DNA from: Octopus sinensis
Taxonomy: Eukaryota
DNA length: 64,000 bases
Assembly: GCF_006345805.1 (NCBI RefSeq)
Contig: NC_042997.1
Location: forward strand, 66,216,001 to 66,280,000
Direction: 5' to 3'
The notes under the pieces: model-generated
What the model saw: only the letters and a program-made list of their open reading frames with translations
What the model was told of the DNA's origin: nothing
The model's database searches: none
Translations under genes and position numbers: made by a program
In this document: positions 37,745-51,930 of the stretch, piece by piece
Layout of the letters: every line of letters begins with the position of its first letter
Position numbering within the stretch: position 1 is the first letter of the stretch

Positions 37745-38214
37745 ACGCGCATGCATGTGTTTTAATACTCTCAGATTAAATGTACATGAAAAGAAGGGCT
37801 GATTACAGCTAGAATGCTTTTGATCATAGGATTAAAAAACAAAAATTCTGTCTCATTACTCTGAAGAATGTTTAAGCAACTATTGAAAAAGTGAATGTGC
37901 ATGGAAGTCATGCTAAATGGAAAAGAAAACGTTTGTTTATATATATATATATATATTATATATATATATATTATAGGCAATTATGCAGATAAACAAATTG
38001 GATATATTAGATATAATATAATAGTTGGGGCATGAAACACAAAATATGTATATATGTATACATGAAAAATGAGAGAAGCAAAAAGCGGAGACTTTCAAAC
38101 GTTGAGTCTGAGGCCATGTGGGAAGTGCAATATAAAGATATTTATATTAATAGATCCAACTTACATAGAGTACAAAAGACAGAGAAAATTAAAGGCGAGA
38201 AAGAAAGGTGTTAT

Positions 38215-38538
38215 AAGTCCAACAGCTGTTTCTGGGGGCTTGGAGATCCATAATGTTGGTAGATGTAGTTCATTTCAATATGCAGCCATAACAGATGCAA
38301 TCAACCTAGGATAAGACAAGCCTCCATCATCAGGGTAGAGATTTTACATTTCAGATCTTAATGCAGAGAAGTTCAAAGATTCCATCTTACTACATAGATC
38401 TCTGTTCATTGATTCAATGCATGTTAAATGATGAGGTGTTATAGATTTAGATAGCCAACTCAAAAGATTTTCATGTCCAAGTTTCCAAGAAATATTCACA
38501 GCTCTGGAAGAAACCTTCAGAAAGTATTTAATGAGCAA
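38215..38538 (-). mobile_element. Probable second PLE 3' remnant with hammerhead-like motif
   Basis: Short ORF end NISWKL...LTCIESM..., then CTGATGA (38333-38327), a 10-bp stem II with one mismatch, and GAAAC-AGCT-GTT. Confidence 0.5.
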
Positions 38539-39893
38539 TATTATTTATATGATATAAAATTAAATTTTGAATTAGGTGGAGCCAATAACAAGCATCCAAT
38601 ATACTCTGTAAAGTGATTTGTGTTAGACAAGGCATCCAGCCACAGAAACCAAACCAAAACAGACTATGGAACATGGTGCAGTCACTGGCTTTGCCAGTTC
38701 CTGTCAAGCTGTACAACACCAGGCCAGCATGGAAAATGGACATTAAATGTTGATGTTGATGATGATGAAACAGGTCTAATAATGCAAACATTACCAACAT
38801 CACATACTTAATGTGTTTTGTTTATATGCTTTCTGGCTGTGGGATTTTGTCAAGGGAAATGTCCCTTTAAAATGTTGAGTATTAAAAAACCATCAAATAC
38901 GTCAAACTAGACAAAATATATATCCCCATTTCACTCATTCACCAACAGCAAGATTTGTTTCACTTGATTCAAAGTTTACACTTGACTTCTTAAAGGGACG
39001 TCCCTGGACAAAACCCTGAAGCTAATAAGCACATAAGCAAGACACATACATTAAGTACGTGACATCGGTAATGTCTATATGATGTAATAACGATGGGAAA
39101 AGTTCATTAAGCAAAATAAAAGATGATCAGCAATTTAAAGAGACATTATTTCACAAGAGACTTAGAATTATGTTTTGAATTGTAGCAGGTGTTAATAAAT
39201 AAACATCAGTTAGATGTTATCACTTTGAGAGAAGCAACAATGATACAAAGTATTCATTGAGTGTATACAATCAATCAAATGGTAGTGTAAATTAAATACA
39301 CACACACACACACACACACACACATGAGAACTACTTGCAATGATGACTGATTCTGAAGATAAAAGAGACAGATGAATAACTACAAAAGTTAATGAGCTGC
39401 TCATGTACAAAAAGTAAAATAAACAAAAACAAACAGGAAAACAAGAATAAACAGATTAGGTAGCTCTCTTGAGATGTTGTGATGTGTGCCGAGAGAATAC
39501 CTTACTAATCAGAAGAAACTATTTAGAGAGATCATTAGTAACAACAAACACATGGTTATGGATTTAGAGAAGGGCAACAACAGGTGGAAACAACAAATCT
39601 CAGGGAATTTTTGTATAGTGAAGTCATCAAGAACAAAAATACAAATTCTGAGATGATTAAAGTGGTTTGTATATTGATAAAGACTACATCTGAAAAAAAT
39701 TACTGCTTCTGTATTGATATGGATCAATAGTTTTGATTTTAGTCTCCTTAACTGATTTATTATATGTTGTTTTATTTATTTCCAATTTTATCAGTCAAGA
39801 TGTTGTTGTTGTTTCTAACCACAACCAACAGTGGTTTTAAGGCTATATTTTCATCAGAACATGAGCAATATGGAATTTTTATGAGAGAATTAA

Positions 39894-40114
39894 TTCTTTC
39901 GTTACCAACCCGGCTGAAACCGGCTCTGGCTCTATAGTACAAATGTCTTGTTTTCATAAGTTTTGAATTAAAATCTTCCACCAAACCTTAGTCACAATTT
40001 ATGTTCCTAACACTAACTTAATGATAACTAAGTTATTTTACTAAATTCTTTGTTATATTTAAAGTAATTGAAAGAAACAGAAAGCATCTCAACAGAAATA
40101 TAGTAATGAAAGGG
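39894..40114. mobile_element. piggyBac-like MITE
   Basis: TTAA at 39890-39893 and 40115-40118; same family as 18027-18212. Confidence 0.8.
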
Positions 40115-40959
40115 TTAATGCCAACTAAATATTTTCCCTTTTTTAATTTCTTTACATTTTATTTTTCTTCAACAAACTACCATGTTCTGCAAACTCAGGT
40201 ACTTTACACAAATCTTTCAGGGCAGGTATTTCAAAGACAGATAAGCAGATCCTTTCTAAAATTGACCAACCTTTAGATTTTGATATGTTAGAAGAATAAA
40301 ATATCTTCCCCAGACATTATGATCTTTGATGCTTACTTATGTACATAATACACATCAGTGTATAGAGTCATTCTTTCATTACTAATCTGGCAAGCACATA
40401 GAAGATTATGCTTTGTTGAACTGAAACACGTAGAGTTGTCACTCTTGCTTGTCTATGCGAGATTTAATTAATATTAGTCATTGAACTATTATTATCCTTT
40501 CTTATTATCAAGTATAATAACTCCAATCAGCTGCATAGATTGATGTCGTTTATTTCTTAAAGACACAATTTAATGTAAGTAACAATTTCAGATGAATTAC
40601 CTTTGGATGGATTGTTATTCCAATAGAATGCAGTAAGAAACAGAAATAATAGTGTTGAATGAAATAACTGTCGATAGATATGCTTCTTAACATTCTGAAT
40701 CCAAATCATATGAGGAGACAGGAATCAACAAAATAATAGCCAACACTCGTAAGTAAGTATGACTTGGCAGCATGCACAAATTCTTTTATGACAGCTAGAG
40801 AGAAAGAGAGGTATACCAGCACCCATCTGGTATTCATTTTGAGCTGAGTAGAATGAAGCAACATAATATACAGGACACAACATGCTACCTGCTCTAGGAA
40901 TTCAATCCTCGACCTTATTATCATGAGCACAAAACCCATATCACTAGGCCAATCCTACA

Positions 40960-41480
40960 GAGAAGTTTAAGACTGAAGGTCCATGGAAACTCCTATATGT
41001 TGATGATCTAGTTCTCGTAGCTGAATCTATATGAAACTTAGAGAGGAAATTCCAGGCATGGAAGCTAAACCTAGAATTGAGAGGCCTCAAAGTAAACTTA
41101 GCGAGATGAAGGTTTTAGAAAGTAGAAAAGAAGACAGGACCCTGGTATCTTCAAGGATATGGTCTTGCTTGATATGGAGGGCAAGAATAGATATAAACTC
41201 TACATGCTCTACCCAATGTAAGCAATAGACACAAAAGAGATGTTGTGAAATCACAGGCAGAGTAGCAGAAAAAGTATGCTTCATATGTGACAGATGCACT
41301 GGAGCATTATGTACTAAAAGCAATCTAGAAATAGACTATTAAATGTTCTGGTGGTTCACTAGAAGTAGCCAATAGCTTTTGTTATATCGGAAACATAAAT
41401 AGCAGAGGAGGTGGATGCTCCAAAAGAACAGATTGGAAAAATTTCATGGACATTCTAATGCTGCTGGTAACAAAGTGAAG
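40960..41480 (+). pseudogene. RTE-like LINE RT fragment with a Cys-rich insert
   Basis: PWKLLYVDDLVLVAES...RGLKVNLA...WSCLIW..STCSTQCKQ*TQKRC..FICDRCTG...GSLEVANSFCYIG; a matching C-terminal scrap [15 protein letters not shown] lies at about 47806-47875. Confidence 0.8.
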
Positions 41481-43350
41481 TGTTGATTGTATGACATGTT
41501 AAAACTGTGTTAGGGAGAGTATCCAGTCAATGAAAACATGCCACAGTAGACAGTGGAGCACAATGCAGTCCTTGGCCCTGTTAGATCCTTTCAAACTATC
41601 CATCCCACACCGGTATGAAACAAGAACATTAAATGATGATGTTGATGATAATGAAGAATGCTTGCTTGTGAATATATGTATAGTTACATGCAAAGTAAAT
41701 AACACACACACACACACACACGTTCCCAGTACATAGAGTTTGTGAAAATATGTATGTGCATGTATATGTATGTCAGTGGTAGTGGATAACAACAAGATTA
41801 ATACTATGCCACTGGTTTCACACAGTTACATATATTAACTTGTAAAAGCTAATGATAGCTTTAACACTGGGAATTGTATGAAAGCTCTAGTAAGAGACTG
41901 ATAACCAACTGGTCTACCTTAGCATACACATAGTACTAGGAATGTTTACACATCCATTGAACTTCAATTATTCACATATAATGTCTCTTTTCATTTTTTT
42001 TTTTTAAGATTTCTACAGATGCTGGGACTCACAGAGGGAGGAAAGGGGACCGAGACTCCTGGCAATTTGCAGTGCTTGATTCATCAAACTTAGTAAAAGC
42101 ATGGTTGCCCTTGCATACAGGCTCGTCCCCTGCAACCCTCTCTAGCTGAGCATCACTACTCTTGCAGACTTGTAGGTGCTGGTACAACATAAAAGGCACC
42201 GGTGCCAGTGCTACATAAAAACACCCAGAACACTCTGTAAAGTGGTTGGCACTAGGGAGGGCATCGAGCTTTAGGAAACCAAGCCAAAACAGATATAGAG
42301 TCTGAACAGCTCCTGTCAAACCATCCAACCCATACCAGTGTGGGAAATGGATGTTAAATGATGATGATGTTGATTTCTAAACTTAAAATCTATGAGCACA
42401 CCTTATACATGAGAACTAAGTGTTACTCATTTTCTGATTCTAAGTGTGTAGTTATATTCTGGATGACATAAGTTAAATCTAGTGTCCAAGCTTATTGATA
42501 TGTAATGAAAAATTTAAATCACTACAATGTTACATTTTTCTATGAATAGTAATAATACATTAAAATATTCATTATGCTTCATAAGTGCACCCATAAAATT
42601 GCAATGCCCATAGTTACTTTACTAACTCTGAAGCACTATCAACTCAGAAGTAAAATGTGAAACCAAAACAGAAATAGCAAAATGACAAAATGTACTAAGT
42701 TTCTGTTCAAACACAGTTACATCCTTTATTTACATGTACAGCTATAAGAACATAGAGTTCTGAAAATTAATTTGTGTTCAATAACCTATTATTTCAGTGT
42801 TCCAGCCATGACTACCATGTGAATACATATATTGTTTAATGCATTGAACTAGTTTAATAATTTGTCTTTCATCTTTATCTTTTACTTGTTTCTCTTTCTG
42901 GATTGCAGCCATGCTAGGGCACTACCTTGCAGTATTTTAGTCAAACAAACTCACCTAAGTACTATTTTTAAGCCTGATAGTTATTTTATCACTCCCTTTT
43001 TTGCAGAACCACTAGCTTATAGGGATTTAAGCAAACCAGCACCAGTTGTCAAATGATGGTTTGGGACAAACACAAACACATAAACACACATATATATATA
43101 TGTGTATTAAGGCTACTGTTGGTTTCATGTTAAGAAAAATGTTAATATCATAATTTTTCAAGCCAATCACAAGGAGGAATAGTGTTCATCTTCATCCAAA
43201 ATGGAGACAAACACCATTCCTCCATGTGTTTGAGTTGAAAAATTGTTAGGATATTAAGATATTTTTTCTTAACATGAAACCAACGGTAGCCTTAATACAC
43301 AAATAAAGAAATTGTATCCACTAATGCAGTGTTGAGCACTCATCATTGTT

Positions 43351-43352
<2 letters not shown>

Positions 43353-43424
<72 letters not shown>
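43353..43424. repeat. (TA)n microsatellite
   Basis: About 36 TA units. Confidence 0.95.
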
Positions 43425-43427
<3 letters not shown>

Positions 43428-44081
43428 ACAGGCTTCATTTGGTTTCCATTTACCAAATCCACTCACAAGGCTTTGGCAAGCCTGGGGCTATAGTAAAAAC
43501 ACTTGCCCAGTGTGCCATGCAATGGGATTGAACCCAGAACCATGTGGTTGAGAAGTAAACTTATCACACAGCTTTGAGAGTGCCTAGACATGCCTGTGCA
43601 ACACAATTTATTCAAAAATATTTTCTTATATTTTATTAATTAATTTTAAGATTATGTGTAATTAATATTTATTTAATTTAAAATGATCTGCCAGATCCTA
43701 AATGACTGATGTTCAAAATATCAAAAACCAAAGACAGCTTATGTTAGAGAAATCAAAATAGAGGAATTGGAAGGGTTTTACAGCAATCATCACTACAACA
43801 TATTTTCCCTAGTGACAACATGTAATAAAATTCAATATATCATAATCAAAATCTTATTGATTTTATAAAAAAAAAAAGAGAAATAATAATTATACTCATG
43901 TGTTGACTTTATACAACTGGTGCACTTTTAAAGTCAACACCAGTAAAGTTCAAGGTTAACTTTTTATGAAATGTAAACAAAAATACAATTATTTATTTAA
44001 CAATTTGGGGAAAAGAAATTTATCACGATGTATGACTGTTCCACAAGAATTTAATAACATCAGTCAAAACAGCGCGATATA

Positions 44082-44296
44082 AAAGTGGGTGCTGAAAAGT
44101 TCTTGGCTTTAAGGTTATCACAAAGGCCTGGTTGGAGGCCCAACCTTCTGAGTTCTTTTACAGGACTTAGAAAAACTGAAGGATTGCTGCAATAAGTGCG
44201 TGAATCTGAGAGGGGAACATGTTGGATAAAATCATAATTAACTGATCCTCCTGTATACTTTTTTACCCAAAGCCAGGAACTTTTCAGCACCCCTTT
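44082..44296 (+). mobile_element. Mariner-derived MITE (about 215 bp)
   Basis: TIRs gggtgctgaaaagttcttggctt / aagccaggaacttttcagcaccc; interior retains the transposase C-terminus (EAQPSEFF...CNKCVNLRGEHV). Confidence 0.85.
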
Positions 44297-47139
44297 ATAT
44301 ATTGTATATAATATATATGTATATCATCATCATTTAACATACATGTTAAATGCTAGCATGGGTGGGTAGGTTGGTTTGAAAAGGCTCCAATTGGTCAAGG
44401 ACTACATCATGCTCCAGTGTCTGCTTTGGTATGGTTTCTACAGTTGGATGCCCTTTCTTATGTTAATTACTTGTACACTGGGTGCTTTTTTCGTGGCACC
44501 AGTACTATTGAGGTCATCATGTAGCTTGTAATTCAACAAACCCAGGGAGGGAGGATAGTGTGGCTGTGTGGCAAATGGTAAGAAGCTTGCTTTACAATCA
44601 CATAGTTCCAGGTTCAGTCCTACTGCATAACAGACCCAGCAAGTGCCTCCTATTAGACTTGTGAGAGAATTTGGTAGACAGAAACTGAAAAAATCCCACC
44701 ATTTATGTATATATCTGTGTGTGTGTAAGTGTCTTCATTTACATTGCACCACTGCTTGACAACTGGTGTTAGTTTGGTTACATCCTTCTAACTTAGCAGT
44801 TCAACAAAAGAAAACAATAGAATAAGTACAAAGCTTAATGAACTAAGAGCTGGGGTGTCCCAGTATGACCACAGTCCAATGACTGGAACAAATAAAAAAT
44901 AAAGCGTTTTACAAGAGGAGTTAATAAAAATCCTTAGTAAAACATTATTTTTTCCTGTGACAACACTTTACCAAAACAAATAACTGGTTTCAAAAATAAT
45001 TTTGTTATCAAATAAGGATTACATTTCTCAATACCATCATTAAAACATTTAGTTAACTTGTAAGCTAGCATTACTGAAAATAAGATATATTTCTTATCAA
45101 GAAAAGAAGTAACTTGTTACGAAAAAAGTAAACAAAAATACAATTATTTTGAAATTTTACAGAGAAGAAATTAATAAATGGAGGACCAGCAAAATTAAAA
45201 AGTGTAATGAAGTATAACATGACATCTCCAGCATTCAAAATTTAATAATCTAAGGACTGGTTTAGAAAAAAAAAGAAGAAAAATCAAAACTCTAAAAGCT
45301 AGAAGGTAATGTAGGCGTCCCCTATTTTAACCCTTTAGCATTCAGATTACTCTCTCAAATGAAATGCTTATTTATTCACATTGTTTTGAATTAATCATGC
45401 ATTATCTTGAAGCTAAAACATTTTCATGATGTGATTGCTTACTTTTTGAAGAACATTGTAGGGTAGGTGTGAGAGACTTGATCTGGCTAGTTTTAACATA
45501 GACATAGTAGGATATGTGTGAGAGACCATTGTGGCCAGTTTTAACATAAAACTGGTTGAATATTTAGGTCAGGGTTAAAGCATTTATTCATTTCAGCAAC
45601 TGAGAGAAACCAAATTTTTTTTTACACATTTCAGCATCCAGCTGTAAAAACCATGCCAAAACAGACCTCACTTATGTTGATGCCATATAAAAAAGTACTC
45701 AGTCCACTCTGTAAGGTGGTTGGTGTTAGGAAGGGCATCCAGCCGTAAAACCTTCCAAAACAGAGAAGCCTTTAGCAGTCCTCTGGCTTGCCAGCTCATT
45801 CAAACTATTCAATCCATGCCAGCATGGAAACAGGCATTAAATGATGATGATAATGATGATTCCCCGTTATTGTTCGTTTTATTTTAAATTACACCACATA
45901 ACTCAAGATTACTCTTAGAGAAAGATAGTGCATATTATGTACAAAATATATTTTTTCTTGCTTTTTGTTGCTCCAAAATGGAGTGTGCATATCAGAGAAA
46001 CAAATTTGGTAAATGGAAAGTTGCCAAATTGTATATTCACAAAAGCAGACTGACTAGAGTAAACTCAGCAATACATTTTACCAAGCTACAGCAATACAAT
46101 GGCTGGAGTAAGATTTGAACTTGGGACCTCATGGTCAGCTTTCCAATATGTTAGCCCCACAGATATTAGATACAGACTAATGTAGGTGAAGTAAAAGGTA
46201 CTGTCTTCAAAAAAAGGAAGTGTACATTAGTGCACAGGTGCAAGCATGATTGTGTGGTAAGGTGTTTCTTTCCCAATCACACAGTTCTGGGTTCAATCCC
46301 ATGGCATGGCACCTTGAGGAAGAGTCTTCCATAATAGTTGCAGGTCCACCAATGACTTATGAATGGATTTGGTAGATTGAAACTGAAAGAAGCACATCTA
46401 TATGTGTGTATGTTTGTCTCCTATCATCGCTTGACAACTGGTGTTGGTTTATGTCCCTGTAACTTGGTAGTTCAGCAAAAGAGATCACTAGAATAAGTAC
46501 AAAGCTTAAAAAAAATTCCATGCTGGGGTTGATTCGTTTTGACTAAAAACCTTTCAAAGAAGTGCCCCAGCATGGCCACAGTCCAGTGAATAAAACAAGT
46601 AAAAAGTAAAAGATAAAAATAAGACAAGCTACACTATAGAGATTGGATAATCATGGCTCAGGGCTCACAAGCAATTAAATAATGACAATAAAAACCACAG
46701 ATAAAAAGGACAAACATTTGATAGAATCTCCTCTAAATATTTGGATATTATATTTCAGACTAAAATATCAGTTATCAAAATCTTTCTCTAGCTATTATTA
46801 CATACTTAGGAGGTTAAAAGATAGAATTAAACCCTGAATTTGTGGGTCTTCCAATTATTAGATATACGAACAGATATGGCTTTAAATAAAAAAATAAATA
46901 AAAGTTATAATTCTCTGATAGACATAATACATAATTTATATGAGAAGTACAATATCAGAATAAATAAAATCTGGGCAACATATGACTATTGATTTTATTG
47001 ACTACTAAATCTCACAAGACAGATGGACAGATGAACCCAGAGACTCAAACAAACAAATATAGACTATGAATTACTTATACTAATGTTTACTTTATTCCAT
47101 AGAAGGTGATTGTGCATATGTGCATATACATAAATATAT

Positions 47140-47805
47140 ATTTACATACATATACATAAATATATACATATTCGTATACATAAATATACATATATATTTG
47201 TATACATAAATATAAATATATATATATATATTTATATACATAAATATATATTTATTCATATAAAAAAAATATATATATATTCATATACATATATATATAT
47301 ATATTTATATACATAAATATATATATTCATATACATAAATATATATATATTCATATACATAAATATATATATATTCATATACATAAATATATATATATTC
47401 ATATACATAAATATATATATTCATATACATAAATATATATATATTCATATACATAAATATATATATATTCATATACATAAATATATATATATTCATATAC
47501 ATAAATATATATATATTCATATACATAAATATATATATATTCATATACATAAATATATATATATTCATATACATAAATATATATATATTCATATACATAA
47601 ATATATATATTCATATACATAAATATATATATATTCATATACATAAATATATATATATTTGTATACATAAATATATATATATATTTATATACATAAATAT
47701 ATATATATTTATATACAAAAATATATATATATTTATATACAAAAATATATATACATTTATATACATAAATATATATATATATATTCATATACATAAATAT
47801 ATATC
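47140..47805. repeat. 24-bp AT-rich minisatellite (tcatatacataaatatatatatat)n
   Basis: About 25 units with a homogeneous core at 47280-47660; the ORF track shows the 8-aa period MNIYIFMY. Confidence 0.95.
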
Positions 47806-49480
47806 AGTTGTGGTGAGCAAGAGAGACGTTTGCGCTGGTATGGTCATATGGCGAGAATGGATGAAGATAGCATTCTATGAATAATAACCAAATATCCTTC
47901 AAATCATACATACCACTTACAAAAACAGGCTAGAATGAGTAGCATAGTCCTTGAAACCATGATGGCTGGACTACTTTGGCCATAGCAGTCTACTTGATCA
48001 AAAACAAAGTTATTCTTCTGGTGTAATAAAAAAGTGGTAAATATTTCCAGGCTCAATGGACTTAAGCAAACAGAATATGCACTATCTTACTTAAGACTAC
48101 AATATAGTCCTAGTTTCTTACATATCATTTGTAATGCAACACGCTTCTTAAGTCCTGAGGTGATTTTAAGGGTTGGTGCTTAGCAATCATTAAGCAGGTA
48201 TGAGATAAATCTTACCCTTCATAACACACAAGTACATTCCAAAGAAATGTCTACTTAATAGACTTTCAATGGCTACTGAGAACAGTCCAGTTAAAAGACA
48301 GGAGACATTGAGGCTCACAACCAAGATTCATTATTAATCTTGCTACAGAGCCAGATAAAGGAAAATGCCCTCGGGATTCAATGAAACTAGGGGAGAACAA
48401 TAAAACCCAAGATGATAAGCAAGAACAGACCCAAACAGCACAAGGACTATGATCCCTGAACAATGAATGGAATAGCCATGTGTGTGGGCAGATATCATCT
48501 CCCCAAAAATGGAATGAAGATCTATGAGACAAAGATAAGATGTGCCTTTCAACCAACAGCTCTGGAGCAACACTTTGTGTATACATGTAAGATGTCAGAA
48601 TACCAGAGCCTGGACAAAATCCACAGTGTTGAGCAAATGGTACCTCTGATGAGACACAAATCAAGTTTCCCAGAATTAGTTTCCCCAAATGGTACAATTT
48701 GCCAAGCACTGCACAAAGAAGAACTGAGTAAAATGCAGTGCAATAAGCAGTTGGAAGCTTTGTGGAGATAATTAGCATTTCAAAAACAATAGAACGATAC
48801 CTAGAAGTCATTATCTAATAGGACCCAACTCCTTTAGGGTGTCAGAAACTAATGGGCCAAAATACTTGTGTGACAAGAATTGTTTCTCTGAAAGTTTCTA
48901 CTGTTGTCCAGTCACCCTTGCACGAGTACCTTCTTCTATAACCCCAAGCCAACCAAAGCCTTATGAGTGGATTTGGTAGATGGAAACTGAAAGAAGCCCA
49001 TTATACATATGTATGTGTATGTACCCTTGTCTAGACATCACTTGATTAAAAACAAGCTTATATGTTGTACAAGCAATGCTGTTTATTTCCATGGAAAACA
49101 TGTCTGGTCTTGGAATTATTACTTTGTATAGAAAAAGGTGAAGGTTGGTGACAGGACAGGTATCTGGCTGTAGAAAATCTGCCTCAACAAATTAAATTCT
49201 GTTTAACCCATGCAAGAATAGAAAAATAGGCATTAGATGAAGATGGTGAAGGTGAGTGCAGAAATACTGTTTAATTAATAATGAGCCATGTAAAGCACAA
49301 ATATACAAATTAAGTTATCCATCATAGTGATATCCCAATTCTTGACTGCTTTATATAGCAGCTGAATACTCTTTACGATCATTTGGGGAATGAGATTAGG
49401 TAATTCTTCAGAGTGGTGAACAAATTATAAAATGTTCTGTCAGGAAACTACCCACTCATTTTCCACACATTTAATGCATA

Positions 49481-49812
49481 TACATGGCTAAGTGGTCAGG
49501 GCATTGGACTCAAAATCATGAGACAGTGGGTTTAATTCTCAGACTAGACCGTGTGTTGTGTTCTTGAACAAGACATTTTATTTCATGTTGCTCCAGTTCA
49601 CTCAGCTATAGAGTTGCAATGTCACTGGTACCAAGCTGTCTCGGCCTTTGTCTTTCCTTTGGATAATACCGGTGGCATGGAAAGGGGAGACTGTTATGCA
49701 TGGGTGACTGCTGGTCTTCCATAATCAATCTTGCCTGGACTTGTGCCACAGAGGGGAACTTTCTAGGGGCAATCCCATGGTCATTCATGACTGAAGGATG
49801 TCTTTACCCTTT
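49481..49812 (+). mobile_element. Family D SINE with 11-bp TSD
   Basis: TSD tttaatgcata at 49470-49480 and 49813-49823; homologous to 8775-9111. Confidence 0.85.
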
Positions 49813-51739
49813 TTTAATGCATAGAACAAATGTGTTGACATTGTTAATGTTCATTATCACAGCTAAGACTTTGTAAAATTTAAATGTATTTTCATTCATC
49901 TTAATGTTCAGAGTTCAAATTCCACCAAAGTCAGCTCATCTTTTCAGGATCAATAATATAAGTACCAGTGAAGCAATGGAGTCGATGTAGTCAACATTCC
50001 CACCTTTCCTAAAATTGCTCAGCTTGTGTTAAAAAGAAAAAACTTGAAGCCTATATTTAAATGTACTTCAACACATCTAATTGACATTGTATTGTGTATA
50101 AATATATATTAATAGCATATGTATTTAAGGTTTGAGTTTTCATGCTATTTGTGTTGCGTGACTGAAATCTCAACCAAAATAGATACAATGCATATTTTGG
50201 TCACAACATCCCTGTGAAGAAGGAAGTATTATATGCTAAAAATAACAACAAAATCTCTCTCAAATTACACCATGTTATCTTGAATAAGGAAGAATAAATT
50301 GGTTTCAAAATTTAGCACAAGGCCAGAAATTTTGGGGGAGTGGTTATGTCAAGTGCATCAACCCCAATGCTCAACTGACATTTATTTTAATGACCTGAAA
50401 AGGATGAAAAGTAAAGTAGAGCTTGATGGAATTTGAACTCGGATTGTAAAGACAGACAAAATGCCACTAAGCATTTGCCTGGTATACCAATGACCGTGCC
50501 AGCTCACTGCCTTGATAAGAAAGAATATATTAGGAAACATTTGCTTTAGATATACTGTCTCACACAAAAAAATATAAAAACAATAATAACTGAAAGACTT
50601 CTATCATAGTTTTACTCAATCAAGGCTGACTTGTGGCTAAACAACGAATTCACCACCACTACTACCATACAAACATTACATACCAGCATTATCTTTACTA
50701 TAGCTATTACACAACTACATACTTAAACAGCACAACTACAAACCAACAAGAGAGTATCAATGCATTTGCTGGAATTAACAGTGAAAGCTCCCTCAAAAAC
50801 CACACCCTAACATCATTTGTTTTTATTTTTTTGGAAGGACACATTACAAAATTTAATCCTAGCTACACTTCACCTGAAATAAAAGGCAAAATAGTCACAA
50901 CTAGAACATCTTTGATCACAGGTCTGTTTTGATCACAGGTCTGTTTTGACCTGGGGCTACACAATAGCATAAAACAATAACCAACAAAAAGCAGCCATGG
51001 CCAAACAAGATGATAAATAGGTTGATTATTTTTCCCTTTTTTTCTTTCTTTATTTTTTTATTATTTTTATTATATTCGCACAATAACAAACCACATCAAG
51101 GATTAAATCTGTCAGTCTTATTTCAGATCTGAATTCTCATTATTTAAGTGTCAGCATAGACTGTGGGGATGATATGAGAATCACATAGGATAGAAGACGT
51201 AAGCTGTAAATATATAGTGTGCTTTGTGAGATGATAGCATTATTAATAAAATATTTAAAAATCTTAGCAATGACAAAAAGATATATATACAGGCTAAATC
51301 CTAAAGCAGAATCCAGTTTTAAGTATCATTGTAACATTTTATATCTAACCCCATTCAATGGATTAACCTTGACGAACCAGGAAGGACAAACCTACCATCA
51401 TCTAAACTACAGAGATTAAAGCTGATTGTGATTACAATGCAATCAAAAGGTTTTCCTCACGCTCTCTTTCTTTACTACTTCTCTAACAGCCTCTACTATT
51501 TTGATCTTCTTAAAAATATGCTAGGTATACACTGTACTCATTCCACAATAACAGTTTTCTGAAAGTTCTTTTCCAGAACAGAAATGATTAATGCAATAGC
51601 AACAGGGGTAGTGTCTCTCACACACAAACAGACACATGCACTGACATGCATGCACACACGCACACACACATCTATACATATGTTTGCAGAGCATAGTGAC
51701 TAAGTGGCAGATACAGTTTGCTGGCAAGTGCTTCGATTA

Positions 51740-51930
51740 CTGCAGGAGAGACATGTTACCACCGTAATGGAGTGGACACCAAGAGAAGGAAAGAAACCAA
51801 AAGAAAGACCAAGGAAGGTGTAGTGCAGTATGTTCTGGGATGATATATCATTGGGAGTTGGCCCAGTGAAGCCAGGAGGAAGGCAAGCACAGAATGTCTA
51901 GAGAAGGCTTGTTGCTTGTTGCGCTGACAG
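51740..51930 (+). pseudogene. RTE LINE extreme 3' end relic
   Basis: VMEWTPREGKKPKERPRK motif. Confidence 0.55.
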
